Source: Trichosphaerium sp. ATCC 40318
Taxonomy: Eukaryota > Protista > Tubulinea
Direction: 5' to 3'
Assembly (NCBI GenBank): GCA_038496445.1
Contig: JALMLS010000155.1
Location: 62,001 to 126,000, forward strand
DNA: 64,000 nucleotides
Part shown: piece by piece, positions 37,298 to 51,325 of the stretch
Layout: each line of letters begins with the position of its first letter
How positions within the stretch are numbered: the first letter of the stretch is position 1
Program-made: the position numbers and the translations under genes
Notes under the pieces: generated by a model
Seen by the model: the letters and a program-made list of their open reading frames with translations, nothing else
The model's database searches: none
What the model was told of the DNA's origin: nothing

Positions 37298-38221
37298 GAT
37301 TGTGCTTTACTACGCGCAATCTACACTTAGCAGGTGTTGTTCTTCTACTGGGGTATTTCCGAAAATAAAGTTTGTTTTTACGGAATGAAATTCTTCGCTG
37401 CGAAAATTAGTACAACTGGACCGTTGGTTCTAGCGAGGCAACAAAAATAGGAATTGGAGCTGCTAGTAGAGTTTTGACCGAAAGTGAGAAACATGAAGAA
37501 ACGTGTTGCAAACTCCTTTTTCTGTAATTGCGTGTATCCCCACGTTACTCTATTGGTTCTAATCGCTGTTACTCCAATGTCTATTTTTATACCCTAACTC
37601 AAAGCTTACTTTTGTTGTATGCTTGGTTCTACTTTTTCTTGTTTGCCGTACATGTGCTGCTTCCATACCCGGCGATAAAATTGAATTGTTGTCTAAAAAC
37701 TTTTGAAAACATTTCTTGGTTTTTTTGTATTGAAAAGGAACAAGCAGTAACCCATGACCAATTTTAACGCGTTGAGATATACGTGAAGTGATTTTTAGGT
37801 ATTTCGCTGTTATTCGAAGCGCCAAAACCTCGAACCATTTGCAATATGCTCATTACGCACGTACGTCGTATTTCAGTATGATCGCTAGGTTTATAGCCTA
37901 GTTTAACAGTAAAACCGCTCTATTACCTACACGATCAAAGACACTTTAAAAAATTAAACGCTGGCTAGCTTCGATGATTTAGTACTGTTGCGCATTCCTT
38001 GACAGCACGTGTTGCGTTTCAGAATAAGAGTTGACTTTGGTACGTATTCTTAAGCCTGTTTTTCAGATTCAAACAGCTCATTGTACCAAGTTTCGAGGTA
38101 AGGTGCGCTCATCGTTATAGGCAGTTGATTTTTAAGCAATACCTTCAAGAATTTTACAAAACAGCTCTGTATTTTGTAATTAAAGGTTTGTGTAGTTGTA
38201 TACACATTAGTGGCCTCTACC

Positions 38222-41200
38222 ATGACGCAAGTGTGGGTACCGAACAAATCCGGTGGTTTTAGTCTAGGAACACAGGTACAACGCAGTTAAACCTCAGATA
38301 CACTGTCTTCGCTATTATACTGCTAACTACATCGCCAGCAAGATAGCAGCGGTAAAAAAACGACAGTAACACTCGAGGATGGCACAGTACGCTTATACTC
38401 ACGTAAACGCTCGAGAAAAATAATGTCAAATGTAGAGTGTAACTGTGCTTACTAAAAAAGTTTTTCAACGTAATCCTCCCATTACTGACGGTGTAGATGA
38501 CCTTACACAAATATCTATCCTCGTAAGCATTACCCAAATGTGACACGCACACTCACCCTTCCCAAAACCCATATACGCGTTGAATTATATCATACTAACT
38601 CTATACAGCATGAACCGGCGCTTTTACACAGTTTAGCATGTCGATACGCTGAAGATAAGATTTACTCGTTTTCTGGGCCTATTCTTATTGCTGTACGTAT
38701 TTCAACGCGCCTTTGGCGAGTATCTTTTTTTGTTTTTGTACTCGCTAGCGAACGTTGTGTTTCCTTTTGTGCTCGTAATTCAGTGTTCCTTTCGATAACA
38801 CCGCATGAGACTTCTACCAGAATTTAGTTTTATTTTTCTTAGTTTTTCATTTTTTTTTGTTGTCGACTCTTTTTTGACGTTTAGTTCAGGTCAATCCTTA
38901 CCAACGGTTCCCAATATACACCAATGCGTTTATTGGTAAATATAAAGGTGTTAAAAGAGAGGACATGACTCCGCATGTTTTTGGGATAGCGGAGCAAGCT
39001 TACAGAGCTATGATTTACTTTGGTATGTTTTTTTATTACATTTCATTTTTTATCTCCCACGTGATCTTGTTTGAGTAATATTTGTACTCACTCTTTTTTT
39101 TTTATATTAGGTGATCAGTCTATTCTCGTTAGTGGTGAATCTGGAGCGGGTATGAAGTCGTAAAAGGATGTCTTGAGTTAATAAGAATGTTTAGGAAAAA
39201 CGGAGACTGCTAAACAGATACTTAACTATTTCTCTGCAATGAGTACAGAAACACAGAGTGTTGCTGGAAAAGTATTAGGTACTACACCTATACTAGAGGC
39301 ATTTGGTAATGCCCGAACAACTCGGTACACTCCCTAAAACTCGCTTAGAACCAGTTACTAATATGTAATTTCGCTTAGAAATGACAACTCGTCTCGTTTC
39401 GGAAAGTACATCGAAGTACAGTTTAGTAGTAATGGTGCTATTGTTGGTGCCAATATAAACACGTACTTACTTGAGAAATCACGTATTGTCTCTCATGCAT
39501 CAGAGGAGCGTAATTATCATATTTTTTATCAATTGATTAGTGGTAAGTTATTCATTATATTTCTTGACAAACACGTGATTTTAGTTCTATTTAAAACGAA
39601 AAACATTTTGCATTTGTTAATCTAATACGTGGTGTTAACATTTTTGAGCCTAGGTGCTACACCTGCTCAAAAAGAAAAGTTCAAACTTCGTGGAGTTAAA
39701 GACTTTCATTACCTGAATCAAGTACGAAATATTTTTCTGTAATCTTAATTTTAATGATTCTCTTAGGGTTGTATGACTGTTCCTGGAGTATCTGATGCCA
39801 AAATATTTGAAGAAACTAAATCAGCTTTCCGTGATGTTGGTATAATGGACCCTGAGCAAGAAGACATTTTTCAGTATGCAAAACTCTACTTTTTTTTTTA
39901 TTGAAAAAGTGTTTCTTATGACCTTCGTAGATTAATTGCTGCAATTTTACATATTGGTAACGTCCAGTTTACATCAAGTGGTCAAGATGATCCTGCTAAG
40001 ATAGCTGACCCTGGATCTCGTAAACATCTACAACAAGCTTGTGCTTTACTGGTAATCAAATAATTCGAGTTCTTTTATTTTGTTTTGACTCTACTAACCC
40101 AATGTGTTAGGGAGTTGATGCCAACCTTATTGAGAGGACACTTTTACAAAAAACCATGAAAGTCGGTGGCCGTTCTTCAATGTATCAGCTCAAGTTGACA
40201 GAAATCCAAGCAGAAAATGCTCGTGATTCCCTTGCAAGGCTTCTGTACTCCAGATTGTTCGATTGGTACGTGTACTCAAGTTTTTTTTGTGTGAAGGAAA
40301 AACTATCTTCTAATCGTTTCTTTGAAGGCTTGTAGCTCGTATTAATGAGACTCTCAATAATGCGAAACGTTCTCAGAAGAAGATTGGTGTACTTGATATA
40401 TATGGATTCGAGAGTTTTAAAGTGAACGCTTTTGAACAATTTTGTATCAACTTTGCGAATGAGAAATTACAACAACAGTTTAATCATACTATATTTAAAT
40501 CAGAGCAAGCTGAGTACAAGAAAGAGAATATAGGATGGGAGGATATTTCTTATGAAGATAATCAAGGTTGCCTTGATTTAATTGAAGGTGGTAGAACATC
40601 AATTTTGAAGCTTCTTGATGAGGAGTGCTTGTTTCCAAAAGGAAGCGACGAAAGTTTTTGCGAGTAAGCCAACTTTTCTTTCTTTTTTTCTTTGGTTTTT
40701 CTCTGCTCGTTTGTGACCCTCCACGTGCTCATTTCTTATTTTTAGAAAGCTATGTAATAATAAAAAGAGTGATAAGTACTTTGATAAACCAAGGACAGCA
40801 AGAAACGCATTTATCATTAAGCATTATGCTGACGATATCGTTTATACTGCTGATGGTTTTCTTGAGAAAAACAAAGACTTTGCAATACCAGAACAATCAA
40901 TGGCTATGGCTACATGCTCAAATCAGTTCCTTGCTGAGATATTCAGAACTGAAAGAGAACAACTATCTAGACCTACTGGTGGTAAGAACAAGAGAGGGGG
41001 CGGTTCAGGAACAATGAAGTTCAAGTCTGTTGGAAATCAATTCAAGGTATTTGAAGGAAAAAAACGTATTACGCCTAAACGTTTTGTTTTAGATTTCTCT
41101 CTCCTCATTGATGACTACTATTAATCAAACAGAATCTCATTACATCCGTTGTATTAAACCTAATGATGCCAAAGTACCAAACAGTTTTGATCCTGCAAAG

Positions 41201-42638
41201 GTTTTGGGACAACTAAGATGTGGAGGCGTTGTTGAGTCTATAAAAATCTGTCAAAAAGGTTTCCCAACTCGTAGAACTTATGAAGATTTCTGGCAGAGGT
41301 GAGCTTTTATCTCTACTCTAATATGTGTTGTTGGATTACTACTAATTCATTAATATTAGATATCAATGTATAGCTCCTGGTATAAAGGCGAAGAGCCTTA
41401 AAAGTGGTGTAGAAAAACTTATTAAACGAGCCAATCTCGATCTTGCAAAAATTCGATACGGAAAGACGAAAGTCTTTATGAAGGTACGCTCGAAATTCGC
41501 CCTCAAAAGCGTGTAACATTGACTACTAGGTTGGTATGCTTGCTGGCTTCGAAGATGAGAGAAATGGAGCTTTAGGTAAGTTAGTTCTTTTGATCTGCTT
41601 TTGTTCAAAGTGCGTCTTTTTTATAGGAAAGTCAGCTGCTGTTATACAAAAGTATATCCGTGGTTGGAACGTTAAAAAGTCTTTTGAAAAGATTATGCAA
41701 GAATTGGGTAAATTAAAGGCTGATTCAAAAGCGTACAAGCAAGCTTTGCTTGACCAACAAGTGCGAACAAAAAAACCTAATCTTTTTTTTGAAGATCCGG
41801 ATGTTTACAAAGCTTGACGAACTCTTTAGGACCTTGAAACTCAAAAATCGACTGTTACACGTGATTTGCAATCAGCTGAACAAAAACTTCAATCAACAGA
41901 TGTTGCAGTTAAGCAATTAGAGAAACAACTACTTGAAGTCAGGTACAAACAATACCATCACCAAGAATCAAAGCTTTACTCACGCAACTGTTGCTTAAAG
42001 GCAAAAAACTGGTGCTGCAGACAAGAAATACCAGGGTCTACTGGCGGAGAACCAACAACTAACATCGCGATTGGATGCACTTCGTGCTGAGAATAGATCT
42101 ACCCAAGAAGAAGTTTCATTGCGTCAAGAAGCTCAAGTAAGTTTATTTTTGGATTTTTTAATTTTGACGCAATGTTTTAGGTTCACCAGGCTGGTGCACC
42201 TGCTGATGATGATGTTATTATAAAAGTTCGTGCTATACATAACTACACTGCCCAGTGTGATGGGGATTTATCCTTCCAGAAGGGTGATATTATCACAATA
42301 GTGAACCGTGATCAAGTAAGTAAAAAAAACCATTAAGGTTTTTGCTTTTAAACTTTTTTCATTTTCTTTGCACGTGATTTTTTATTCCATTCAATAAATT
42401 GAAGTTTGAACAAAGGTTGCTTGATAATAAGACAAATACGCGTAAAAATTTTGTGCTTACAATTGTTGTTTTATAGGTTTGGTGGATTGGTTATTTGAAT
42501 GATCAAATGGGTATTTTGCCTTCTAATTACGTAAGAGAACTAGCACCCGAATTAAAAGGACCAAGGTGAGTCATCCTGAATAACAAATCATGTGCTTTGT
42601 TGTTTGACTTTTTCTTTAGTTCCTTGAATTTATTGTAG
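38222..42638 (+). CDS. Unconventional myosin: N-terminal SH3-like, motor, one IQ, short coiled coil, C-terminal SH3
   Basis: [88 protein letters not shown], and SH3 VRAIHNY...[10 protein letters not shown]...WWIG...GILPSNYV. All introns are canonical. Confidence 0.95.
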
Positions 42639-43072
42639 TATTCAAAAGAAACATTGCTGCAAACCTACCAATTTATCCGACAACGTGTACTTTAAAATCA
42701 TAAACTTTTTTTTTTGGATAACAAGGACTTTCTCAAGTCGTAAATGTATGACTATTTATGGTAATTACTCTGGCCTGTTATGGCCTCAACTCTACTGGCA
42801 AAATTTTCGGTACTACTACAAACAGAACTCAACCGTTGGAGTTGACCCGGATTATCGATTAAAAAGACATTCTACAATCCCGTTTTTTATTTGGTATTAC
42901 TCATTACCCAAATCCAATGTGGGCGAAAATTACTATGGTTGATACCCATTATTAAATAGTAGTAGCAGAGTAATGGAGAAAGACAAGACTCCACGACTGA
43001 AATTGTCGTTTTCAGGCTTTTTGCCTTTTTCTAATCAGTTAAAAATCGTACACACAAATATAGCTTAGCTAT

Positions 43073-43506
43073 TTATTGAGAACAGGCTGCCCATGCTGGT
43101 TGGCATTTTCCAGTGGTTTCTCCTCCTTGAATACAGCAATAACAGAACGAATGAGAGCTTTGAGCACACTCTGGACCGTTTTTTGAGCAAGAATCTCCAC
43201 ATTGAGGAGTACGTGTACAAGTACCATTGAAACATGTACCACATTCGCTACCACATTCGTATGAGTTGTTGCATTGCACTCCACACGTTTGTTGTCCTAC
43301 ACAGGTTCCGTCTTGACACACTGTGCACTTAGAACCAGAATTTTGGCAATCAGAGGCACCTTCACAATATTCTCCGCATGGATACGTACTACCATTATTA
43401 ATAAGGTTTATGCTCGTTAAACAACAGTTTGAACTGTTTGACAGTACCTTGCAACTAATAGACTAAATAATACCAGAGAAACAGATGTTAATGTTAATAC
43501 GTTCAT
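43073..43506 (-). CDS. Small secreted protein with three knottin-like six-Cys repeats
   Basis: Signal exon MNVLTLTSVSLVLFSLLVA, one intron, then CGEYC.., CGVQC.. and CGDSC.. repeats. Confidence 0.8.
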
Positions 43507-44741
43507 TTGAGAGCAACAGTTTATATGTTGTGCGAAAGTAGTATGTGTATTCTGTTTTTAGTCCGACGAATTCCTATGTTGAGAAATTAGTACGAAGGAA
43601 AATTGTCTGTACTTTTCTGATCTCGCAAGGAAGATGTTCTAACAAGCCAAAGTACGGCTTATAACGTCATACTTTAGTCAAGTCTATGTTTAGTAATGGA
43701 CACGTAGGTAGTACGTTGCAACCACATGTCCACTGGATTTGGACCTGAAAAAACGCTTTTTTTTGTGAGCGCTTTATTCTGCTAGTTTTTCAAGATTGTT
43801 TCTGAGCGCAAGTGCCCATTACACTGCACATACGATTTTAACGTTAACCCTACTTTTAAAACGCCACTCCCAACTAGTAGCACGCTAATTTCAGTTCTTA
43901 TGCTCAGTAGTGCTCCATAAGGATACCTAATTATAGCTTGCGGAGTAGCAAAAGGCTACCTTTGTCCACAAACAGCCCCAAAAAATCAGGCTTGTGCTAA
44001 CACAAATAGCGTTATTCAAACAAACTAAAGAACAAAATAGTATATTATTCTCTGCTGTATAAGCTAAAATGACCATTGCCGTTAATAATAGTCACAGTCC
44101 ATGCCCACCCTATTTGAGAGTGTGAGCCATCCACCTTCAATGGTCAACAGCTCAAGCGACCAAAGTTTGTAGACTTGTACAATGGACGGAGGAGTGACTA
44201 CAGCATTCGTATTTGTAATAGCATGAGAATTGTTTGCAATAGGACATGCTTCCACCGTGTTGAAAAAGAATCCAGGTAACCATGATCCAAGAAGTGTTTA
44301 TGCGCACTTGAGAGTGCAGAGGATAGCAACTTAGAACAAAATGCGTCTTGGATACATAATTGTTTTACAAGTGTAAGGATACACGGGCAGTGTTTTGGCG
44401 ACATCTTTGGTCAGCAGGGTAAACATGGTATTCAAGTATTTTTACATCTAAGCACGTGATAAATCTCACAAAGTAAGAGCGCATGTGTAAATAAGGCAAC
44501 CAGGTCTTTTCGGCTATATTGTAGCCAATGAAGGAGTTATATGATTATGGCCATGGGTCTCCTGTAGCATCAGCCAAGCCAGAATCAAGTCTACGACAAC
44601 CAAATGTTGTAGCAACAAATGGCAAAAAAAGTCATAGCTGGTTCTGGTGACTAGGAAAAGACCAGAACTTTCCAGAGACTTGTTAACCCATTTCGTTAAT
44701 TAAGTGTAAGACATAGAACCCTTGGTTTGAACCATAAAAAA

Positions 44742-45393
44742 ATGAACACTACCGTAAAACAGTTTAACACAGGAGAATCAAACAATTGCTCTCTCTTACG
44801 TCTTCCTATGGAGCTTCTGCTTGATATTATAGATTTAGACTATGAAGCGTACTCAAAACTACCGCTTGTATCTAAACACGTGGCAACTGCTACCAGATTT
44901 GATTCTAAGCTTAATAAACATGGAAAATGGAAGAGACAAACAAGTGGTTGTATTCAACAACGTCATTATGCACATGGTAAACTTGATGGAGAGCTAAAAC
45001 GTTGGCGTACTAATGGTAAGATTTGGAGGCAGAGTTACTACAAAGAAGGTAAACTCAACGGAGAGCAAGCTGTGGAGTGAAGGAGGTGAGATTCTAGAGC
45101 ACGCAAGGTATGTAAATGATAAACTCGAAGGACAAAGGAAATTGTGGTTATACGCTCCTTGTCATTATTTATGGGAGGTTGCGCATTATGTAAATGATAA
45201 AAAAGAAGGAGAGTTTAAGAGCTGGTATGCTAATGGCCAACTATTCAAGCAGTGTTATTACATTAATGATAAAGAAGAAGGAGAGTGCAAATGGTGGGAT
45301 GAAAATGGCCAGTTAGAGGACCACTGCTTTTATGTGAACGGTGAAGTGTCAAGTGATAATCTCTCTGACTGTGAAACTATAGATGGAGAATAA
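44742..45393 (+). CDS. Second intronless F-box-like plus MORN2 repeat gene, frameshifted near 45065
   Basis: LLRLPMELLLDII, then repeats such as GELKRWRTNGK and GEFKSWYANGQLFKQCYY. The two overlapping ORFs join with one frameshift. Confidence 0.75.
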
Positions 45394-45916
45394 AATTAGT
45401 TTACAAGTCACCTTTTATAACAAGCTGTAGTGGAAAAAGGCGTTGACGCCTTTGCTATCCAAAATGATATCACTTGTTTGTTACATCAAAACAATCTTTA
45501 AAGCTATAAAAATTTGCAAAGGCGCAAACATTTACTTTGAGCTTTGATGGTGACTAATCTCTTTACCTGTTTCTCCAACTATGCCCATTTTTCCTATCAT
45601 ACTTTTGGTTTTGCAAACATCCATAGATTGCAAATGTTGTTAAGCAAGTTGTTTTGTAAAGTGTCTATCTGTAAAAAAAAAACATGGAAAAAAAAAAGAT
45701 ATTACGACAAAAAAGCTTGCAGCTCACTAGTAGCCTACAACATACAAATATGTTTTTACCATCAAAGAAAAAGACGAGTATTTGTTAACTTCAAATTATA
45801 GTATGCTTGCATAAAAGATCAACATTATAACGGGACTTTCTGTGTACATTTGAATTGAATATATTTTAATTTCTTATTTTTTTCCACTTTTTTTTTTAAA
45901 TGGAGGAACTCTAGAA

Positions 45917-48900
45917 TTACTTGTTTTTAAGTGCATTTGCAATCCTCTTCTTTTTTAGATTACGTGATGGAAAGTATGATCCAAGGATAGCAATAGCAAT
46001 AGACATACCAAAAATCAAGCAGAAAGAAAGCGTAGGGAACTCGAATCGGAAAGGCATTTCAGTGAACAAGTTGCCTTGCAGAGTCAAAGTGATACTCACC
46101 GTTTGTCCTAGTACTACAGTCAGTAACATAATAAATACGATAAAGGGACGTTTTGATATTTCAAAAAAACGTACCAAGAATGTATCCAAGAAGAGCAGAT
46201 GATAGAACAACAGAAAGTGCTTCATAGATATAAACACGCATTATTTGTGAAATCTAAGAAAAATTAGAATTAGATGTAAACCTTCAAGGTCTTATCCGAT
46301 TTGAACGTACACCAACTCCTACAGCTCTAAGAACACCAAATTCCCACATGTTTTCATTAACATTTGCTGTGAAGGAGACCAAGAGGACAAAAAAGCAAAG
46401 AATGAATATAACCATAGCAACTAAAAGGAAAAAAAGTAAGTCAAGGTAGATTAGGCTTTTCTATAACATACCGCAATTGAAAAAGATATTTAGGATTGTT
46501 GTAGCAGTATCAGATCCACGTATTGCTTTTGGGGTATTTTGAACAATAGTCTTATCAGAGGTAATGAAATTTCGCAGTTTTTCTTCAATATCCTATTGAA
46601 AAAATAAAATTAATAAGAGGCCTATTTCGTTTTTCCCTCATGATGAGTAACTTACTGATATTTGAGTAGAAGTAGCTTTTTTCTTGAATCGTATGTGTAA
46701 AGCACGCTTTGGGACTGATGTTGGTCTAAGACCTCCTTTTCCAGACTGAAGAAAAATTAGACTTTGAACCACTATGTGAAAAAAAATAGTCAACATACTG
46801 TTCCATAGGCAATATCCCATGTATGGTACATTAGCTTCTCGTATTCTTTCATAGAAACCAAAACAGGCTGTCTCAGGTAAGATGTTTGCTGGTAAGAAGA
46901 AAAGAAGAAACCAGGCATCTAGATATTTACAGTAAGTAACAAATGATGTTACGTCAAAATTTTGAATAGACGAACCTTTGAAACAAATGCTCTCGCTTTA
47001 GCTAAGTGATGTGTATCAGAATGAGAACGTCCAGATGCACGTGTATCTATTCTTATCGTTATTTCCATAAGAGTATTAACATCTACACTCATGGGCAAGC
47101 GCTAAAAAGAAACCAGTAAGAACAACAAAAAAAACATTTTTGCTTGTAAAAAATTAATACCATTGATTCCGGAACGATGACGTCAAGGTACTGCTTGTAC
47201 GTTTCTGATGCATTGTATGTTTGTCCAAATCCAATAGAATTACTCTAAGGATAGTTTAGAGATTATAATCAAAGCTAGGTATAGCATACAACACCAATAG
47301 TGACACCATCAGGAGGAGAAGCTGAAAGTATTTTTGTATCATCACGGTTTTCATTGCAAATACTTTTCACAATATCCTTCTTACCAGACGGTGTTTTATC
47401 GTACTTATAATTACCATCTGTTTCTTGTACAACCTATTAAAAATTAAATAAGTAAATAAATCGTTGAGGTAAGAGTCAGTACGTACTAGATACTCATCAT
47501 AAGTTGCGCTCAAAATATTTTCCTCTACGCCAAAGATGTGGACTTTTCTGTCATTAAAGGCAGCCAGATTACCCAGCGATGTTCGTTGAACCCATGGTAG
47601 ATCTGACAAGTAATGCGATATAAATGAAAAATCTAAAAACAGCATTAGCACGTGATTGTGGGTAACCCAAAAAAAAGAAAAGAGAATCAATTAATCTTAC
47701 CTCTAACAGCAGTGTTTGGATTGTTTGTCTCTTCCTTCAAAAACTTTGTAATCCCTTCTTCATCCAAAGGTTGTCTGAAATTAAAAATCATTAATCTCAA
47801 TTGATACCTTGTTTATGTAATGCATAGAGTAGTATAACGTACGATTCATAAAACGTAAGAGCAAGAACATCTGAACCCAAACCAACTTTAATATTATCTA
47901 CAAGAGTTGCTTCGTTCAACAAAAATATACTACCACTGAAGATTATGAAGCAAACACATGTTGTAAATAATACAGCTGTCTTTGTGTTCCTTCTAGAATG
48001 TCCCTAGTACGTATTATTACCTTGCACAATAAACAACCAAATCAACAAAAAAAAACATACTTCAGAATTTCTTATAACCAATCGAGAAAGTCGCTTTGCA
48101 TCAGAACCCCACATAAGAAGCCAAATAACTATCCTCTGAACATGTTTGTGAAATGCCATAGCAACAAGAGATAAACCAAGCAACATGCCTAAACGCTCAG
48201 AGCCATCAATAAAGAGACGAAAGAAAGAAAGACGCACCCATTAAAATGCCAACAAAAATGTTAAAGAACAAAGCCAAGTTTTGAAAGACGAAACTCCAAG
48301 GTACCAAGAAGTATACAGTGAATCCAAAGAGTACCATAAGTGACGAAATAGCTATAATAAAAGGCAATAAGGACACAGATAAAGATAATAAATAAAAAAG
48401 AGGCTAACCTGTCCAGATAGGAGAAATGCCTAAATTTTCTAACTTCGTAATGATAACAGTTGAATCATTTGCTGCACTGTGATACAAGTCAAGAGACGAT
48501 CTAAGGGTATTCGATAATGCTCGCTTGATAGGATATATGAGAGCTACCATAGGCATAACAAACCCGACTATGACAGCCATAATAATAGCCTACGATGGGT
48601 TAAGATAAACATAAAAGTAAAAAGCCAGCAAACCTTTTGAGTAAGAGCCATAGGAATACTGAAGGCTGCAAAATCGTCGAGGTATGCTCGAACAGGAATA
48701 AACGCAACCCATCCCACAGCCAATCCGGCACAAACACCAGGTATACTGAAGATAAAAGACTAGTCTCAAAGTAAGCTCGAATATTAAAAGGCAAAACGTA
48801 CTTGGACACCAAGTAGAATAATCAATGTACTCTGCTCCATACCTAAAGCACGAAGCATACCACTCTCATAAACCTTATCTTCAACATTTTGGAGCAACAG

Positions 48901-51160
48901 GGAGTATATCAAGTACATACCAACACAAATTAAGAAAATCTCAACCATGAGAAGAACCTAAACAACAAAAAAATAAGTAAGTGGGTTAGCTAATTATCAG
49001 CTTGTACCTGATCAAGTGTAATCTCGAAAAAGTAGATCAAGAATAAAGCATCGTTAAGAGGAGTTGCTATAGTAACTCTATAAAATACGCCAAGCGCTTT
49101 AAAAACCTATAATCAACAGTATTAACAAACCAAAAAGATAGTGTGACAACTCTTGGTGTACGTTATTTGAAATGTTGATGAAATCAACTCGTTTCCCATT
49201 ATTATCTTTATAGTACGTATTCATGCGATCTTTAATCATGGCCACTACTAAGAGTGCATACTCCTAAGGAAGAGTTAAAAAAACCAACATCTTACACAAC
49301 TATTCTTTACAAAAGTCCGCAAAAAAAACTGATACAGAAGGATCTTGATAAGAGGTAAATCTTTTGAATTTCGTACGTTAATATCGAAAGTATCTGCAAA
49401 AGAATCAACCATATCCAAAGCACGTGTTACGTTTGGAGGTATAGCACCAAGCTGACCAATAGCAGAGTCCTTTACTTGCTGAACAGCACTCTTTGATACA
49501 TTTTTAAGGTACTTATTCAACCAAGCACTATCAACAATCGCAACAGTACCCAAAGCCTTTGGAAATTTACCAGCAGGAGAATCAACAGAATCAACAACTA
49601 GGAGGAAAGTGAGAAACATAGGTAACAAGTGAAGAAAATAGGTTTTTTGATCAATGAAGTTGTTTATACCTGTAACGCTTTGTCTGAATGTAAGCGCCTC
49701 TCTGGCGCGTCCAATAGCACCAGGAGTTATATCGAGAGTGTTTGGATTTATAATACCAAGTAATTGAAGATACCGTTGGTAAGCAGCTTTAGGTGGTTAA
49801 TCAGCACGTTTTTTTAATAATTTTTTTTCAAACAGCGCACCTGAGTCTGGGATGTTAAATTGATTATTATAGAACTCTGGATTCTGAAGATATTCATATA
49901 TACTTTTCCGTAACCAAACATCTACTGGTGCTGCATCACCACTTACTGTCTAATAGGAAAGTAAGAGAAGCACTGAAAAAAACCAATTTCTTATTCGAAA
50001 TTTTGTTTTTTTTTTGAAGTGGCATGGTATTACAATGTACGCAAAAAACTTGGTTCCGGTAGCAAGGATCATGTGCCTATTTTACACGGAATTCATTTGA
50101 AAATAAAGACGCACATGAAGCAAATCGAGAACGTCAAGTTCTATGCTAACTTCAGAATTTGTTTGAGCTTGTATTCCTAATTGTTTTAACAAAGCCTCTG
50201 ACACATGAGCTTCATTTCCGACCAAATCTGGGTGATCCCAATCACGACCAAGACCGATCTCCTAAGCGAATTATAAGTATCACAACTTCGTATAAAGCTC
50301 ATTGACAATCCGTGTAAAATAAATTCTTTTGGAGACGTACTCTTTCTTTTTTTGAATCAATAGCTAGTAGTAAGCAAGACACTTCCTTATCTGTATTGGG
50401 GTTCCGCAGCTTAACAAAAAGTACCCATCGCGGCGTGCAACCCTTTTGAAAAGAAGAATTAAATAAAAGACCTGAAAATACAAGAAAAAATAAGCGGTTG
50501 TTGATCAACGTACAGCAATACGTGAAGCGCTTTGTAATGATTCTGACATCTCGGTATAGTTCAATAAGAAGCTAGATGGGCTATTAAGCTTGCCACCACC
50601 GATATCTGGCGTGAATAACTGGCAGGTTTTAGTCAGCTTTTCATGTTTTTTGATGTCACGTGAAACGAACAGAAAAGCGGGGTAACGGCACTTACTATGT
50701 CGAATTCTCCTTCTGTGTCTTCTGCTAGTTTTATAAATATAATTGGAGCGTTTTGGATTACTGTTTGTAGAAGACTACAAGTTTGGTAAGGTTGTGTGAC
50801 ATGGTTACGTGGTTTGTTAATGAGCGCGATGGACATTTTTGGGGTTTACGAAAGAGCGTGAACAGAAATGGCGCTTTTTGAATTTTAGAGTGTTAAAACG
50901 CGTTACCTTATCGCAAATACTACAATGAATACTGTGAAAAAGCCAATGAAAAAGCCTTTCTTATCCTTTATGTTCTCCGCTACCACATAACGTACAGCGA
51001 CCACACAGTTACCGTAGAATGTGCTCAAAGACATCTTGGGAACAGAGCGTTCAAGATTCCCTACACTCGTTAATATTTACCCGGCGCGTTTGATCGTAGT
51101 GTATATACCATCAACGCCATTTTCCCCGTTCGCATGCCCGTTTGAATCGGATTTAAGCAT
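45917..51160 (-). CDS. FtsX/MacB-type (ABC3) permease family membrane protein, many introns
   Basis: KKGFFIGFFTVFIVV, VEDKVYESGMLRALGMEQ, ANVNENMWEFGVLRAVG, QGNLFTEMPFRFEFP. Two FtsX-like halves. Confidence 0.85.
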
Positions 51161-51325
51161 AATTCGACACGTACGCACCGTTATTCAAACCTGTCGAACT
51201 AACCTTACTATTGTGTGGCTATTGCGCGGATTATACCAATAAAAGCGCTTAAATGTGACATTCATGAAGACATTCTTGTTAGCTTTATAGAACCTAGCTG
51301 CAAGTGCAGCTCAAAATCGTGGAAA

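Noticed and set aside
44075-44430. Short minus-strand open frames between the knottin and MORN genes
   Set aside because: No recognisable motif and no consistent exon model.
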